A stretch of 64,000 nucleotides of DNA from Balanoglossus misakiensis (taxonomy: Eukaryota > Animalia > Hemichordata). Below, piece by piece: positions 51,001-62,700 of this stretch. The stretch lies in NCBI GenBank assembly GCA_040954595.2, contig CM082587.2:1889000-1952999 (forward strand). Direction: 5' to 3'. The position numbers were made by a program, and so were the translations under genes. Below the pieces are notes generated by a model. It did no database searches and had not been told where the DNA came from. It worked only from the letters and a program-made list of their open reading frames with translations. Each line of letters starts with the position of its first letter. The stretch's first letter is position 1.

Positions 51001-54000
51001 AGATAAAGTGTAAGGCTCCATCAGGAGTTCCATCCCTCAAAATGCCAAGGCTGTATCTGCTGTGGATGCCGAGATATGGTAAAGTAGGTCAAAGGTCACC
51101 TGAGGTCACCCAAAATTTGGGCAAAAAATTTTGACCCCATACTTGTCCATGTTCAGCATAAATCAAACCTCTAGCCCTATTGGTTAGCCTGGAATTAGGT
51201 ATGCACATAATTAATGAGATAAGCAGGTGTCACAGGTGACCCCAATTTTGGCTTTTCAATTTTAGTCCCAACCCTCCAAACGCCAAGTCTGTAACTGCTC
51301 TGGATGCGGAGATATAGGAAAGTAGGTCAGAGGTCACCTGAGGTCACCCAAAATTTGGGCAATTTTTTTTAACCCCATACTGGTCCATGTCCCACAAGCA
51401 CGAAACCTCTAGCCCTATTGGCTAGCCTGGAATTAGGTATGCACATAATTAATGAGATATGCAGGTGTCACAGGTGACCCCCATTTTGGCTTTTCAACTT
51501 TAGTCCCAACCCTCCAAACGCCAAGTCTGTACCTGCTGTGGATGCCGAGATATAGGAAAGTAGGTCAAAGGTCACCTGAGGTCACCCGAAATTTGGGCAA
51601 GAAATTTTGACCCTATACTGGTCCATGTCCCACAAGAACGAAACCTCTAGCCCTCTTAGTTAGCCCAGAATTAGGTATGCACATAATTAATGAGTTAAGC
51701 AGGTGTTACAGGTGAGCCTAAACTTGTGCCTTTTATTTTGGTGCTATTGTGCTCACTGACCAATAGACAGTCACTGTACAGGACTATTGCACAGACCTGA
51801 ATTCCACAATAAGACATAGACATAGCTTAACCATAGAGGTATAATTAAAGGTATAAATTTAATAAAAAAATTAATATAAAAAAATCGGTCGATTTTTCAT
51901 ATGATTTTTTTTCGCTTAAAATTATTGACAAATGCTAGGCTAGCTGCACACCAAAGTTGGAGATGGTCGGCCTAACAGATTTTGAGATATGTATGCATAT
52001 TTATCCAAAATACGATGTGGTCATAGCTTTACTATGTAAAGTATAGGCCGATGGCTTGGGCGAAAAAATATGAAAAATAATACTTAAAAATCTTCTTCTT
52101 AAAATTGACATGGCCTATGGCCTTGACATTTGGCATGTAGAACCCTGGCTATATGGCCCACAAAGTATCTTAACAGAATTTTGATATCTCCATTCATATG
52201 CAAATTAGGCCGATTTGAAAATTTTGCCCATATATGGTCATCAGGTCACGTGACTAATTAAACATTCACAAGGGTACAGCACTAGCTCTCATTGGCCTGC
52301 ACCATTGTGCCAAGTTTGTAATTGGTAGGTTTAGCCGTTTTCCAGATCTAGCTGGCCGAAAAAACTGCACAAGAAAAAAAAGAAGAAGAAGTAGAAGAAA
52401 AACCAGGATAATAACAATAGGGCCCAAGCGCTGCATGCGCTTGGGCCCTAATAACAGTGATATACATAATGACTTTCTGCATAAGTGATACACTGTCAAA
52501 AATCTCTTTTTAAGTGATTAATTTCAAACAGTATCTCACACTAACATATGGAGAATGTTCCCATGGCAGAGTTAAACTCTGACAGTATCTTAATTTTTTC
52601 CACCATAAAGTTTCCACTTTGGAGCATCTAAGTTAGAATCCAAACATTAACTAGGACCACTGTCAAAATAAGTGAATTGCAATTCATTTTGTTAAATTGC
52701 TCAAACTGTCATCTAAATCAGTTCTAAAACAAGGATCTCTGCGATGAAAATGACAAAAGTCATTGGAAGAATTGCAACGGACGCAAAAACAGTCACTGCT
52801 CCAGCACAAGCAACATCTGTACACTGGTTTTTCTTTGAACTGAAATCATTCCCATCGGAAACAATGCTTTTACTACCAGTCTTCTCGGCTTTCACACAGA
52901 TCTTTGTAAGATTTTTGCAGACAATGCCAGTCAGGTTTACTGCCAGGGATATGTTAGCAGTAAGCAATGTATCAGTTGCAGAACTGTTGTCACTGACGTA
53001 ATCATGAAAAGGGTGGAGTGCTACTTCGCCGATGTTTCCAACAATCTTAAAATCATCAGAGGTCACATACACGACAAGTGTCCAGTTGTGAAGGTGTTCA
53101 CGCAAGGCATCCAGTGAAGACAAGACAACTTCAAGACCAAGAGCATAACCACCACCAGGTATGAAGATTTTATCTTGGGGCGCAATAATCGTCATATTGT
53201 TGATCTTGATAGCAAATGTGTCAACTCTTGTGTCTGTAATCTTGGGATCTTTGGTGGTAGCCAGGGCTTCTCCAGTGTAATTGGTAGATGGAGCCACTGG
53301 TTTGATGCAATTAGTTGGTGGTAAACACAGAGACACCGAACATCGGCAAAAAGGAACAAAAACTTCTTGTCTACTCATTGCATACAAACTGGTATAGAGA
53401 AGATTTCTCAGTGTGTAGTACTGCCTCTTGAATATAGATTTCAAATGTTACATATTTTGAAAATCTGTGTTTCTTACTATTACTCCTGACCTCAAGAACC
53501 AATAGCGCTTAGCTTAATTGAGCTCACAAAAAACAAGTTTAATAAAGTACCTAGGGTAAATGTGTATTCCTATTAGGTTGGGTATTGCCCTTCTCACATA
53601 GAAATTCATACTGTATACAACACTAATGCACCAGTAACTGAACGAATAAGTTAAAACACTCACCTGGATTACAAACTGTCTGATTCTGAGTCCACTGACC
53701 TTCGTCACAGATATTTCTGTCGTCACCAAAAAGAGTGTATCCCTGGTTACAGCTAAATTTACGTTGAGTCCACTGTATGAGATCATTTGCCCTTGGATTA
53801 CTGAATCTATTGCCATTTGCATCCAGAAATGTCACTGATCCATGTTCAATATAGGTATCAAATGGACACTGACCTGTGAAAATGACATCAAATCACACAA
53901 TTTACATATAACTTGTATTCTTCTCGACATGAACTAATTAAACTTCTTCTTGGTTCAGTAAAATTGAAACAGGCTGTGTAGTTTTAATGGTGAGAATGAT

Positions 54001-57000
54001 TCCACAATGTGTATGCCAAAACAATGTATCCTGATGTTGATTGCACAGTGAAACAACTGACATAAATGCAAACACCATCTAAATTTAATTTACTGATTAT
54101 TTAACAATTTACTTACGAGCTCTACAGGTAGTTGAACCTCGCGGAGTCCAATTTCCATACCAGCATAGCCTAGTCTGTTCACCATTAAGAAAGTAACCCC
54201 TATCACAGGTGTAAGTGACGTGTGTGTTGTGTGGCACGGTGATCCGCGTTTTATCTTGGTTTGTACGTCCATTGATTGGCTCTCGCAGAAGTAGGCAGGG
54301 TCCTACAAATCAATACATTGACAGAAAACAGACTGTGACTACATCATCTACTGCAAAAAATCCCTCACATAATGGTTAAGACAAAATATAACACACAAAC
54401 TAAAGTTTACTTTATTTAAGTATGTCTGTGAAGAAGAAAAAAACTGAAAAAGTAACTTGGATCTTTCAGAACCCATTTTCTTACAGAATAACTAACTCCT
54501 AACAAAGCAGACAAAACATTCGTATCTTCTCCTTGCATGGAGCTAAACCTTGTGATCAACACTATCTAACACAACTTGTAAATGTAACAGTTTACACAAA
54601 TTTTTGATCACTATCTTTGTACTCTCTCTTTCTCTACTTTTTTCTGATTGGTCAGGCTGTCTTACAAAGATAAATTTGTCAGTATGTGTAATCTCTGATG
54701 TTTATAGATGTATCATATAGTCTTTAGATATGTATTCTTGACTGCAATGTTGTTTGTTGATGGACTGAAATGCACTGTACAATAGGGATTTTTTTTCTCA
54801 TTGTGAAATACACCCATTAGACCCAAAAACACCCATGTACCAACTGACTGTGGTCTGAACTTACTCGCATCACATGTGGGAAAGTTTTGCCAAGTGCCAT
54901 TGTAACAACTTGTAGATTCTTCTTGGCTAAGATCATATCCTGAACGACAACGGATATCAAGAGTCGTTTCATGAACCACACTTGTGCCTTGTCTTAGGTT
55001 GCCTCGGTAAAAACCATTGGCCGGTGGTGCGCCAACAACGCACATTTCTGTAGACAAAATGTTGGAAAGAAGCAGTATTAAAATGTGCAACATTAGACAG
55101 ATGTTCTTTGGCTACTTTAATTTTATAGGGACATCTGTTATTAAGCCCCAGAATAAAAGGGTTATAATTACAGAATTAATAAGGTAAACAGCATCAACTT
55201 ACTCCAACACTTTGGAGTTGGACTTGACCAGGTTTCATCTTCTTGACAGTAAGTTGATCTGCTCCCAACCAAAACTGCTCCCGAGTTGCATTCAAAGATT
55301 ATGACTGTACGAAAACCAAAGGAATCTCTGTCTATGTAGCCATTCCAGATTGGCTCCGGTGGTCCACAGTTGATTGCTGTGATAAAAATATGATATCGTT
55401 TACATTAGCTAATGTACCTTCTCAAAACATTATTTATATGCATCGGCATTCATCCATGATTTATTAAGACACTTCATTTATGGAATTCACACAGGGACCA
55501 TCAAGATGTTTCTGAAACGTCTCAGGTCAAATACTGGCATAATTATTATGCGTGAACGGTTAAAGTTGTCCTGAAACGTTTCAGATGCCAGACCAAAGCT
55601 GGTGTAAGGATTAAAATGATTTAAATTACCTCTACAAGATGGCTCCGCCCCACTCCACGTCCCATCAGCTTGACAAGTCCTGTATTCTGAGCCAACTAAT
55701 TTGTAACCCTCATTGCAATGGAAGCGAACTTCTTCGTTGTACGTAAACCGGGAGCCAAACGAGCTACCATCTTCTGGTGCAAACTGTCGTGAACAGGTCA
55801 CCGCTATACAAAAGAAATTTTGGATATAATTAGCATTGAAAATGAGATAGGAGTCATACTGTCCAAGTCATTAAACATTTCATTTCCATTAATTTTCCCA
55901 TTGTATTTTTGTTGTTGTTGTTGTTTTCTTTGGGGGGGGGCGATCAATACTTTAAGCAGGAGTGACTGAACAGTAGTTTTGTCTCTTTTTCAATATCACA
56001 AGTAACTACATAAATTTTCCATGACTTTTTGTGGTGTAAAATTTCAGCTTTCCAGGAGTTGTTCAATATTACATGGCTTTCCAGCAGGCCATCGGCTGGC
56101 AATGGTGATGACCTCCCCACATGTTTTTTTAAGCAGAAAGAATATAAAACCTGGGCTTCCACTCACGTCTGCATTCAGGTGGACTGTTACTCCACTGTTG
56201 GTTTGTCTGGCATGATCTGTACTCTCGTCCAAATAAAGTATATCCAGTGTTACACTCATAGTAGACACGATTTGGGAATGTGAAGACACTTCCTATTCTC
56301 CTTGCATTAGGAATGTCACCTGGATTTCCACAGCTTTTAGCTGAAAATGAAATAAAAATGCGCAAATAAAGTAAAATGTAATTTTCCTTCCATTTGAAGT
56401 AAACTGAATTAAGTGGCCTATATTTTTATAGAGTATCTTTTTTGAATGCGCCCTCAACGACCATTTAGAATGAAACATTTGTTTCTTAGTTGTATATTTG
56501 ACATGTTAATTTCCAATATTGTCAAAAATATGCCAATTTTTATAAGCCAATAAATCATTTCACAGTCTCAATTCACAAGAAATCAAAACAGTCTCTTGAA
56601 TCTGAAATAATGAGCAGTTTGGAGTATACTTTGACCAACGTAAACTACTTACGCATGCATTCTAAGTCTAAAGGAGTCCATTGACCATTGGCCAAACAGC
56701 GGCTGACAGATAAACCACGCCGGAAGTAACCACTGTTACAACTATAGACAATTCTGTCACCAACATCATAAGCGTTCTGCCGTCCGTCATGACGAGCATT
56801 GTCGAAATCCACTGGTTGACCGCACGATGCTGATGTCAAAAAGAGGAGAGATACAAGCATGAGTTTATTGAGCATTTATCCTGTGTCAAATATCACACCA
56901 AGTTTAGAAGTGCAAATTTTGCATATCATGTGTTATGTATGTGCACAATCTCTTAGATAACTTCTCGGAGACTTCCAACTTCATTCAAGAATTTACAAGT

Positions 57001-58860
57001 TTAAAGGACTAGGCTTCGACATTTACCATCAATAACACATGTGGGAGGCGTTCCACTCCATTCTCTGTTTCCTTGGCAATGAATCTCTGAATCTCCATTC
57101 TGTGACACTCTGTATCCATCTTCACATGAAAATGTCACCACAGTACCAAACACTCTAGTATTCTCATCAGGCTCAATCCTACCATTCTCCAGCAGTTCCA
57201 ATCGAGGACAATTCGCAGCTAAATTAAAGCAGAAAGCGACAGATCAGACCAGATTAACCCTTCCACCACCATGGTTCAGTCCAAATGCATTGTTTCCTAT
57301 GGTAAGGTTGGACCTCTATATGGGGAACTGGGGTGAAAGGGTTAATTAATAAAATGAAAACAGAAAAAATAATTAAATTTCATGGCTATACAACATGAGT
57401 AAAAATTCGGAAAATGACAATATTTCCAATTCTGAGTGGTCCATTTTACAGTCTGAAAAGCAGCTAATCTTTGATAAAATAAAGTGTTCCAACAATTAAC
57501 TTTGTAAATGGCGTAGGCCAGTTTATGATCAGTGGTAATATAACTTACCTGGATTAACACAGCTCATTCCACATACATCATCACAGAGACAACGTTTATC
57601 TCCTGAACAGTTGGCATCTGATGAACATGCCTTGCTGCATCTGTCACTAGCAGCTGAACCTGAGAGCTTTCTCGGACAAGTGTTACCACCTGAAAAAAAA
57701 TAGTAAAGAATGTTTAAAAAGAATATTTTTAGTAAGCAGCATGAGTTGATTACTTTACCATTCGATCATTCCATTCTTTTCTTTCAATTTTTTGTCCAAT
57801 TTTCTTTAAATTTATTTCAGATTCAAAAATTTCCCAAAACACAAAATGACCATTATTTATAGTACATTGATTTACAGTCATATTTTTACTCAGGAATTCA
57901 TGGGGGCCAACTGTCTGGGAATTAACAGCCTGTTTAAGACAAAGTGAAATAAATACAAAAATAAATAAATTCCAAATACAACTTATTCCTTCAATTTTTG
58001 CATTTTTGAAATTGGAAATCTGTGTAAAACAGGGTTCGAAGAAAAGTGAAGTCATATCCTTCTGAGCTGTGGCCAAGGACTCCACAATAATATATACTTG
58101 TATAGTTCTTGGCCACAAGGATTGTTCATTGATCAGCAGTGAGCTGATAGCGATTTGTTTTGTATCATGGTCACTGCCTACATAAATTTGCGACATGAAC
58201 CAGGGCATGACCATGTAAACACTTCTGAGTAAATGTTTACATTTTCTTGTGGTTGAACATTACTATTCTCTGTAGCATTCCACCCTTAGAGTTAGACTGT
58301 TCTGCCAAAAACACACGTATGTGATTATCAATATTATGTGTCTGTCGACCCAGGTCTCGGGGTTCAGGCGATGGGGCACTCGTTGAAGGAGCAGGAATGA
58401 AGCTGTGACCGAGATGCGCGTTTACAGTGACAGTCGGGTTGCCCATACTTATATGTAGCAATCGGGTGCACAATTTGCTACATGTACATATATACATTAA
58501 AAGCCATGTTCATTGCATGTTCATTGCGTGAAACATTTAATGTGAAATGTCTAGCTAATAAATAAAGCAGTCAGTGGACTTTCATATTTACAAGACCTTC
58601 GTTTCCTCACATCACAAGTATGTAAGTTTCAATGCTGGACGATAAAATGATTTAATGGGAAAACAATTGACGCACGCAGGATGACCTGTTTATATATATA
58701 GTCTATATGTTTCTATAATTAATTACACGAAGTGTCAGAAAACAGACTGTAATCTATCGTTTTAAAAAATACGTTATAACTTACCGACTGTTGTCGATTG
58801 TGAATGGACTGCTGACAAAATGCTGAGTACATACACAGCCACAAGCCCCGAGATCACCAT
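41312..58860 (-). CDS. lev-9: Secreted WAP/sushi(CCP)/Ig protein of the LEV-9/Hasp/Hikaru genki family, long isoform (~1620 aa): SP-WAP-17xCCP-Ig-2xCCP-follistatin/Kazal-acidic linker-NTR
   Basis: 26 exons, all phase-1 GT-AG introns, continuous frame: 58785-58860 (signal), 57549-57689 (WAP); CCPs 57027-57218, 56653-56829, 56167-56340, 55630-55803, 55203-55376, 54865-55047, 54117-54302, 53664-53873, 48351-48551, 47913-48092, 47564-47761, 47154-47351, 46713-46892, 46336-46554, 46007-46192, 45305-45523, 44688-44912; Ig 44169-44468; CCPs 43529-43723, 43083-43256; FS/Kazal 42737-42961; acidic linker ~42465(or 42459)-42518; NTR 41967-42074 and 41312-41622. CCP exons show the C..G..C..GY...C..W..P.C pattern. 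The gene symbol is family-level only. Confidence 0.88.
42737..42961 (-). CDS. CCP gene follistatin (FOLN+Kazal) exon
   Basis: [45 protein letters not shown]. Confidence 0.9.
44169..44468 (-). CDS. CCP gene Ig-domain exon (Hikaru genki-type)
   Basis: [22 protein letters not shown] Ig motif. It follows a CCP carrying CSDIGKY, the CCP-Ig pairing I recognise from Hig-family proteins. Confidence 0.88.
48793..48830. repeat. (GACA)n microsatellite
   Basis: cagacagacagacagacagacag..gacagacagac. Confidence 0.85.
49329..49471. mobile_element. Palindromic MITE-like non-autonomous element
   Basis: AGCAATAAAACACCCCCAGCCATGGTATA..GATTTTGACCAGTTCA..CATATACGCAC pairs with GTGCGTATATG..TGAACTGGTCAAAATC..TATACCATGGCTGGGGGTGTTTTATTGCT, a ~143-bp hairpin. 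Confidence 0.8.
49471..49641. mobile_element. MITE-like element with 24-bp terminal inverted repeats, abutting the palindrome
   Basis: TATTATATTATGCCAGTATATTGA ... TCAATATACTGGTATAATATAATA (1 mismatch). Confidence 0.7.
49665..49831. mobile_element. MITE with perfect 18-bp TIRs (CCC..GGG termini)
   Basis: CCCTTACAAAAATGTTCT ... AGAACATTTTTGTAAGGG, with internal TCTATAGAAATT-like short repeats. Confidence 0.75.
50828..52452 (+). mobile_element. Non-autonomous Helentron/HINE-like element with internal ~238-bp tandem repeats
   Basis: 5' GGGCCCAAGC (50852) is inverted to 3' GCTTGGGCCC. There is a 14-bp terminal hairpin TAGGGCCCAAGCGC-tgcat-GCGCTTGGGCCCTA (52418-52450) preceded by a GAA tract, A-rich flanks, and ~3.5 internal repeats (GGTCACCC anchors at 50889, 51104, 51342, 51580). 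Confidence 0.7.
52713..53296 (-). CDS. Alternative terminal exon of the CCP gene: Thr-rich linker, ~130-aa four-Cys beta-rich domain and GPI-type hydrophobic tail (short isoform ~756 aa)
   Basis: ctaat..aaaccag|TG acceptor at 53297, in the same phase (1) as the CCP8 donor at 53663. 194 open codons, 7 N-x-S/T sequons, ends ..[31 protein letters not shown]. Confidence 0.7.
57258..57341. mobile_element. piggyBac-type MITE (84 bp)
   Basis: TTAA|CCCTTCCACC ... GGTGAAAGGG|TTAA: TTAA target duplication and CCC/GGG TIRs. Confidence 0.75.
57549..57689 (-). CDS. CCP gene exon 2, WAP (four-disulfide core) domain
   Basis: [44 protein letters not shown] has 8 Cys and the LEV-9-type CLCDxxCGxSC motif. 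Bounded by ttttcag and gtaagt. Confidence 0.9.
58785..58860 (-). CDS. CCP gene exon 1, signal peptide [25 protein letters not shown]
   Basis: aagATGG start, hydrophobic core, G|gtaagt donor. Not in the ORF track. Confidence 0.85.
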
Positions 58861-59731
58861 CTTTGTACAAAATAATCTATGAAACTCTGCGAGTCGAGAG
58901 TCGATGACCAATGCTCAGCAGGGGGGCGTTAAGCTTGTGGGAAGATCACAGTGCATTCAGTTTGGGGTCAGAAAGGATGTTTACAGCGACAAGTTTTACA
59001 GAAAAAAGGAAGTGAGTCGACACCCAATACCAAATTCAGTATAAGTACATCGATAGCGCTTTCAGACGCTGCTTCCGGACATAATCATACGATTTCTGTC
59101 GCGCAACACATATATCTTTAAATGATGATAACTCCTTTATTCATGTACCATCTTATGTAAATGAGAATCCTACGATTGACGGAAACTTCGCGGTGGACTT
59201 TACCATTCTGAGGAGGGGGTTGCGGGGTTCAATAAACTTTACAGATACATGTATCAGTAGGTTCATTGACAGGTGTCGGGGGAGGGGTGTATATAGACAC
59301 ACACACACCCACACACACACATTGTTAAAAATATATACATATACATGTATTGTTAAAAGTTATCAGTATGTGTTAAACTGTTATCGATATTTTAGACATA
59401 CATAGAAAGTCAAGAAAGTTCGAAGTTACGCAGAAAAACTGGCAGAATATCAAATTCAAAGTGCACAATTTCTGAGTACTGGGAAAGCGACGTGAATTTC
59501 CGCGATACCAGGAAGCTTAGGGATCATTTTCCTTGGAAACACGAGAAAAGATTATCCCGGACACAAAGCGGTGGTGTGGCGTTGTTTACATAAATCCTTG
59601 GGGCCTGATAGGGTTTCTAAAAAGCCTGTCATGTTTATATTGGCTGATTAAATACGTATCCTAGTTTCGTCCATGAAACTCTACCACGTCCTGCACGAAA
59701 CGTTTGAAGTCGTAGATGTATGAAAGCAACC
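58861..59731. promoter_or_regulatory. Putative bidirectional promoter/5'UTR region shared by the CCP gene and factor B
   Basis: 871 bp between divergent ATGs. ETS-like AAAAGGAAGTG (~59004-59014) and CTTCCGG (59072), kappaB-like GTGAATTTCC (59492) and TGGACTTTACC (59194), (CA)n at ~59297-59320. Confidence 0.6.
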
Positions 59732-62700
59732 ATGAGCCTCCGAAAAGTTTTTGTACTCGCATTATTTGTTGCATATGTTAAGGCAGGTAAGGATATGGAT
59801 AAATTTAGAGTTCATTTGTAGTTTTACTGTATATGCGCATACTCCGAATCACTGTGTTCTTCTTCAAGTTTTATACAATGCAATGTCTCGTTTAAAAAAA
59901 ACCTGGTTTTTCCGTCTGCTTAAAATCTCCAGGGTTTTCCGTCTAACACAAAAATCTCCAGGAAAAAAACTGGAGCTATAGAACTGCAGCTAGATGCAAG
60001 TACGTGTATCTGAAATTTACATGCAAGCACTTGTGCAATGTACATGATGTATCTGTCAGGGCCTGGGATAAGGGTTTTGACAAGGGGTCCCTTCTCATAG
60101 ACAGCCTATGGTTTGCTCCACTGAAATGCGCGTCGCTTGCATACGCGCGCATAATGACTCCGACACTTGGAAAAGTTCGCATGTTCCGTGTTTGCGTGCT
60201 TGATGACTAAAACGTCTTTTAAGTCATTATAAAAATAAAAAAGTAAACAAAATAGTAAAAATAATAATAAAAGTTATCATTATTTGGATGCTCAATGAAT
60301 AAAACTACTACTACTAGTAACGAAAATTACATATTATTATTATTAAAACCACCTCAATATACAAGACAGTGTTCATTATCTATAGTACTAGCCTGGTGTA
60401 GAATTGACTCATATGAGCTCAAAATTATTTGCTGCAATGTGTACTGCATGTATTGTAATCATGTGAATGTATCAGTATTAATGAAAATGGGAGTATACCA
60501 CTATAGTCTAGTATGTGGTGTGGCTAAATTTTGTACCACCATGTGTATATTTCACTTTTGGACAGACTGCAACGAGGAAGGTGAGATACCAAATGGAAGA
60601 TACACAACTGTTGATCAACATGCCAATGGTGAGCGTACAGTACAAATTATTTGCAATCATGGATATGAATACGAACATGGCATTGAGACGACGTGTTCTG
60701 TTGATAATGAATGGGTTCATCAGCATCCAGAATGTCAAGGTACGGAGTAATTGATTATAGACATGGTTGTATTTATGCTTTGTGTTTCTGATTTTTCTCT
60801 CTGTATATATGTCAGAGAATCCAACCGTATCGTTTTATTTGTAATGGTAAATTTACATTTTGGATGTCACATACATGTACTTTATTTGGACATTGAAATG
60901 CTATTACTTAGGTATATTGTTTTCTATTGAAGCTCACAATACCGTATACTGCATACACCTGCCGTACAAAAACTAGTCAATGGACCAATTGTCACTGGTG
61001 ATGATCTGAGTTGTTTATGAATAAAGTGCATTTTCATTGAATTTCAGATGTTGATGAATGTACAACTGGAATTGCTAATGATGACGATGATGATGAAGAG
61101 TCAGACTATTCATTTTCCGATATCGACCTAAGTCCATGTCATTACCTGGCCTCTTGCTTGAATACACCTGGTTCCTTTCAGTGCCGATGTCCGAGTGGTT
61201 ATGAAGGAGATGGCATTATATCGTGTACCAGTAAGTTTTCAAAGTCTGTCAGTCGAACAATTTCTGTGATGATAATAATCAGTGAAATGACATTTCCTTT
61301 GTGTTCACCACTGAAAACACTAGAGATGAAAAGTTTGGAGGTGAAATGGTAAAATTCAGTTATTCATTTTCAGTTCTTGAATGTGTAAATGCGGAATAAT
61401 ATATAGCATTTGACAGGTCAATCACCAATTCAATTTCATTGAGTGATTTCATAAATTAATCCATCCTCTGGTATTGCAGGAATTCGGTACACTTGTCCTG
61501 AGTTAGAGGCACCAGAACATGGAAGTGTACACAAAATAGGCTCAGCTAGGACACGATTTACATGTGATAGTGGATACACTTTGTTCGGCTCATCAATGAG
61601 GCTTTGTCAAAATGGAAACTGGACTGGTAGACAACCATTTTGTCAAATACAAGGTATGTATGATAAAGTATGATTCCAGTACAGTAGTTAAGTCATGTGA
61701 TAATTAATTAGCTAGGTAATTAATTAATTGACCAATTAATTAATTGATTGATTGATTAATTAATTAGTAAGTCAAAATGCAGTGCACCTAAAATGAATGG
61801 AATGTCGCCCTTTAAGGTGAGATGATTCCTCATACCAATATTCATGATAAAAAATCATTGAGGATACACTATTTATTAACTACGCATCTACTGAAAGCAT
61901 TCGTCATTTTTATCTTTATTTTGTGAGTGTAGTTGTTGGTTGTGGGCCTCCAGGTGACATAGCAAATGGTCAGGTCTATGGTTCTGACTACAACATTGGT
62001 AAAGAAGTTCGATTTGTTTGTGACGATGAACATAGACTGGTTGGACCAGAATTGCGCAAGTGTTTAGCCAATGGATACTGGTCTGGATTTCAACCATACT
62101 GTGACCGTAAGTAGAAATATGAAAATATCTTATAAGGCACGAATATAATATTTTGCACTTTGAGTAAGTGACAGTAATGTTTAAAATAAACATATTATAA
62201 AATGTTAATTAATTTCATAATTATCGTAATTTTACTTTCAGCTCCTCGTGATGTTAATGACATTGCATCAGATATTCGACGGGACTTCATTGACAAACTG
62301 GAATTTTTCAGCACGTCAAGCCAAGGGCATCAGTCACTGGGTAGACTGGCTGTTGGACAAAGTCTTGGTCTGGATCTGGTCTTTGTCTTCGATCGTTCTT
62401 CGAGTATTGATCCTGAAGATTTCCAGCGTGGAATGACGTTTGCAAAGCACATCATTGGCGAGTTTGGTGTGTCATACGAACAAGGTAACCTCACGTTTGT
62501 TTGAGCCAAATTTCGTGAAACTGATAACAGCAAGAGTTGAGATATGTTTTGAATTTATGCAAATAAATTACATTTTCTTTTCTCAAATCTTAAACAGGCG
62601 GAACTCGAGTGGCAGCTGTCACTTTTGCTTCCGAAGCAGCAATAGAATTCAATTTGGGTGACGAGTCAGTTAACACAACTCGCAAAGCTAAACAGCACTT

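Noticed and set aside
53297-53444. N-terminal part of the 243-aa ORF as an independent nested gene
   Set aside because: No signal peptide despite a glycosylated, GPI-type C-terminus, and the segment reads as intron ending in a phase-compatible acceptor. Better explained as an alternative exon.
41312-58860. Calling the CCP gene factor H, CR1, SVEP1 or CSMD
   Set aside because: It has WAP, Ig, Kazal and NTR-like modules and lacks vWA, pentraxin, CUB and a transmembrane-plus-tail segment. The motifs fit the LEV-9/Hasp/Hig family better.
61700-61770. TTAATTAATTG repeats in a factor B intron
   Set aside because: Short AT-rich low-complexity tract with no clear element boundaries.
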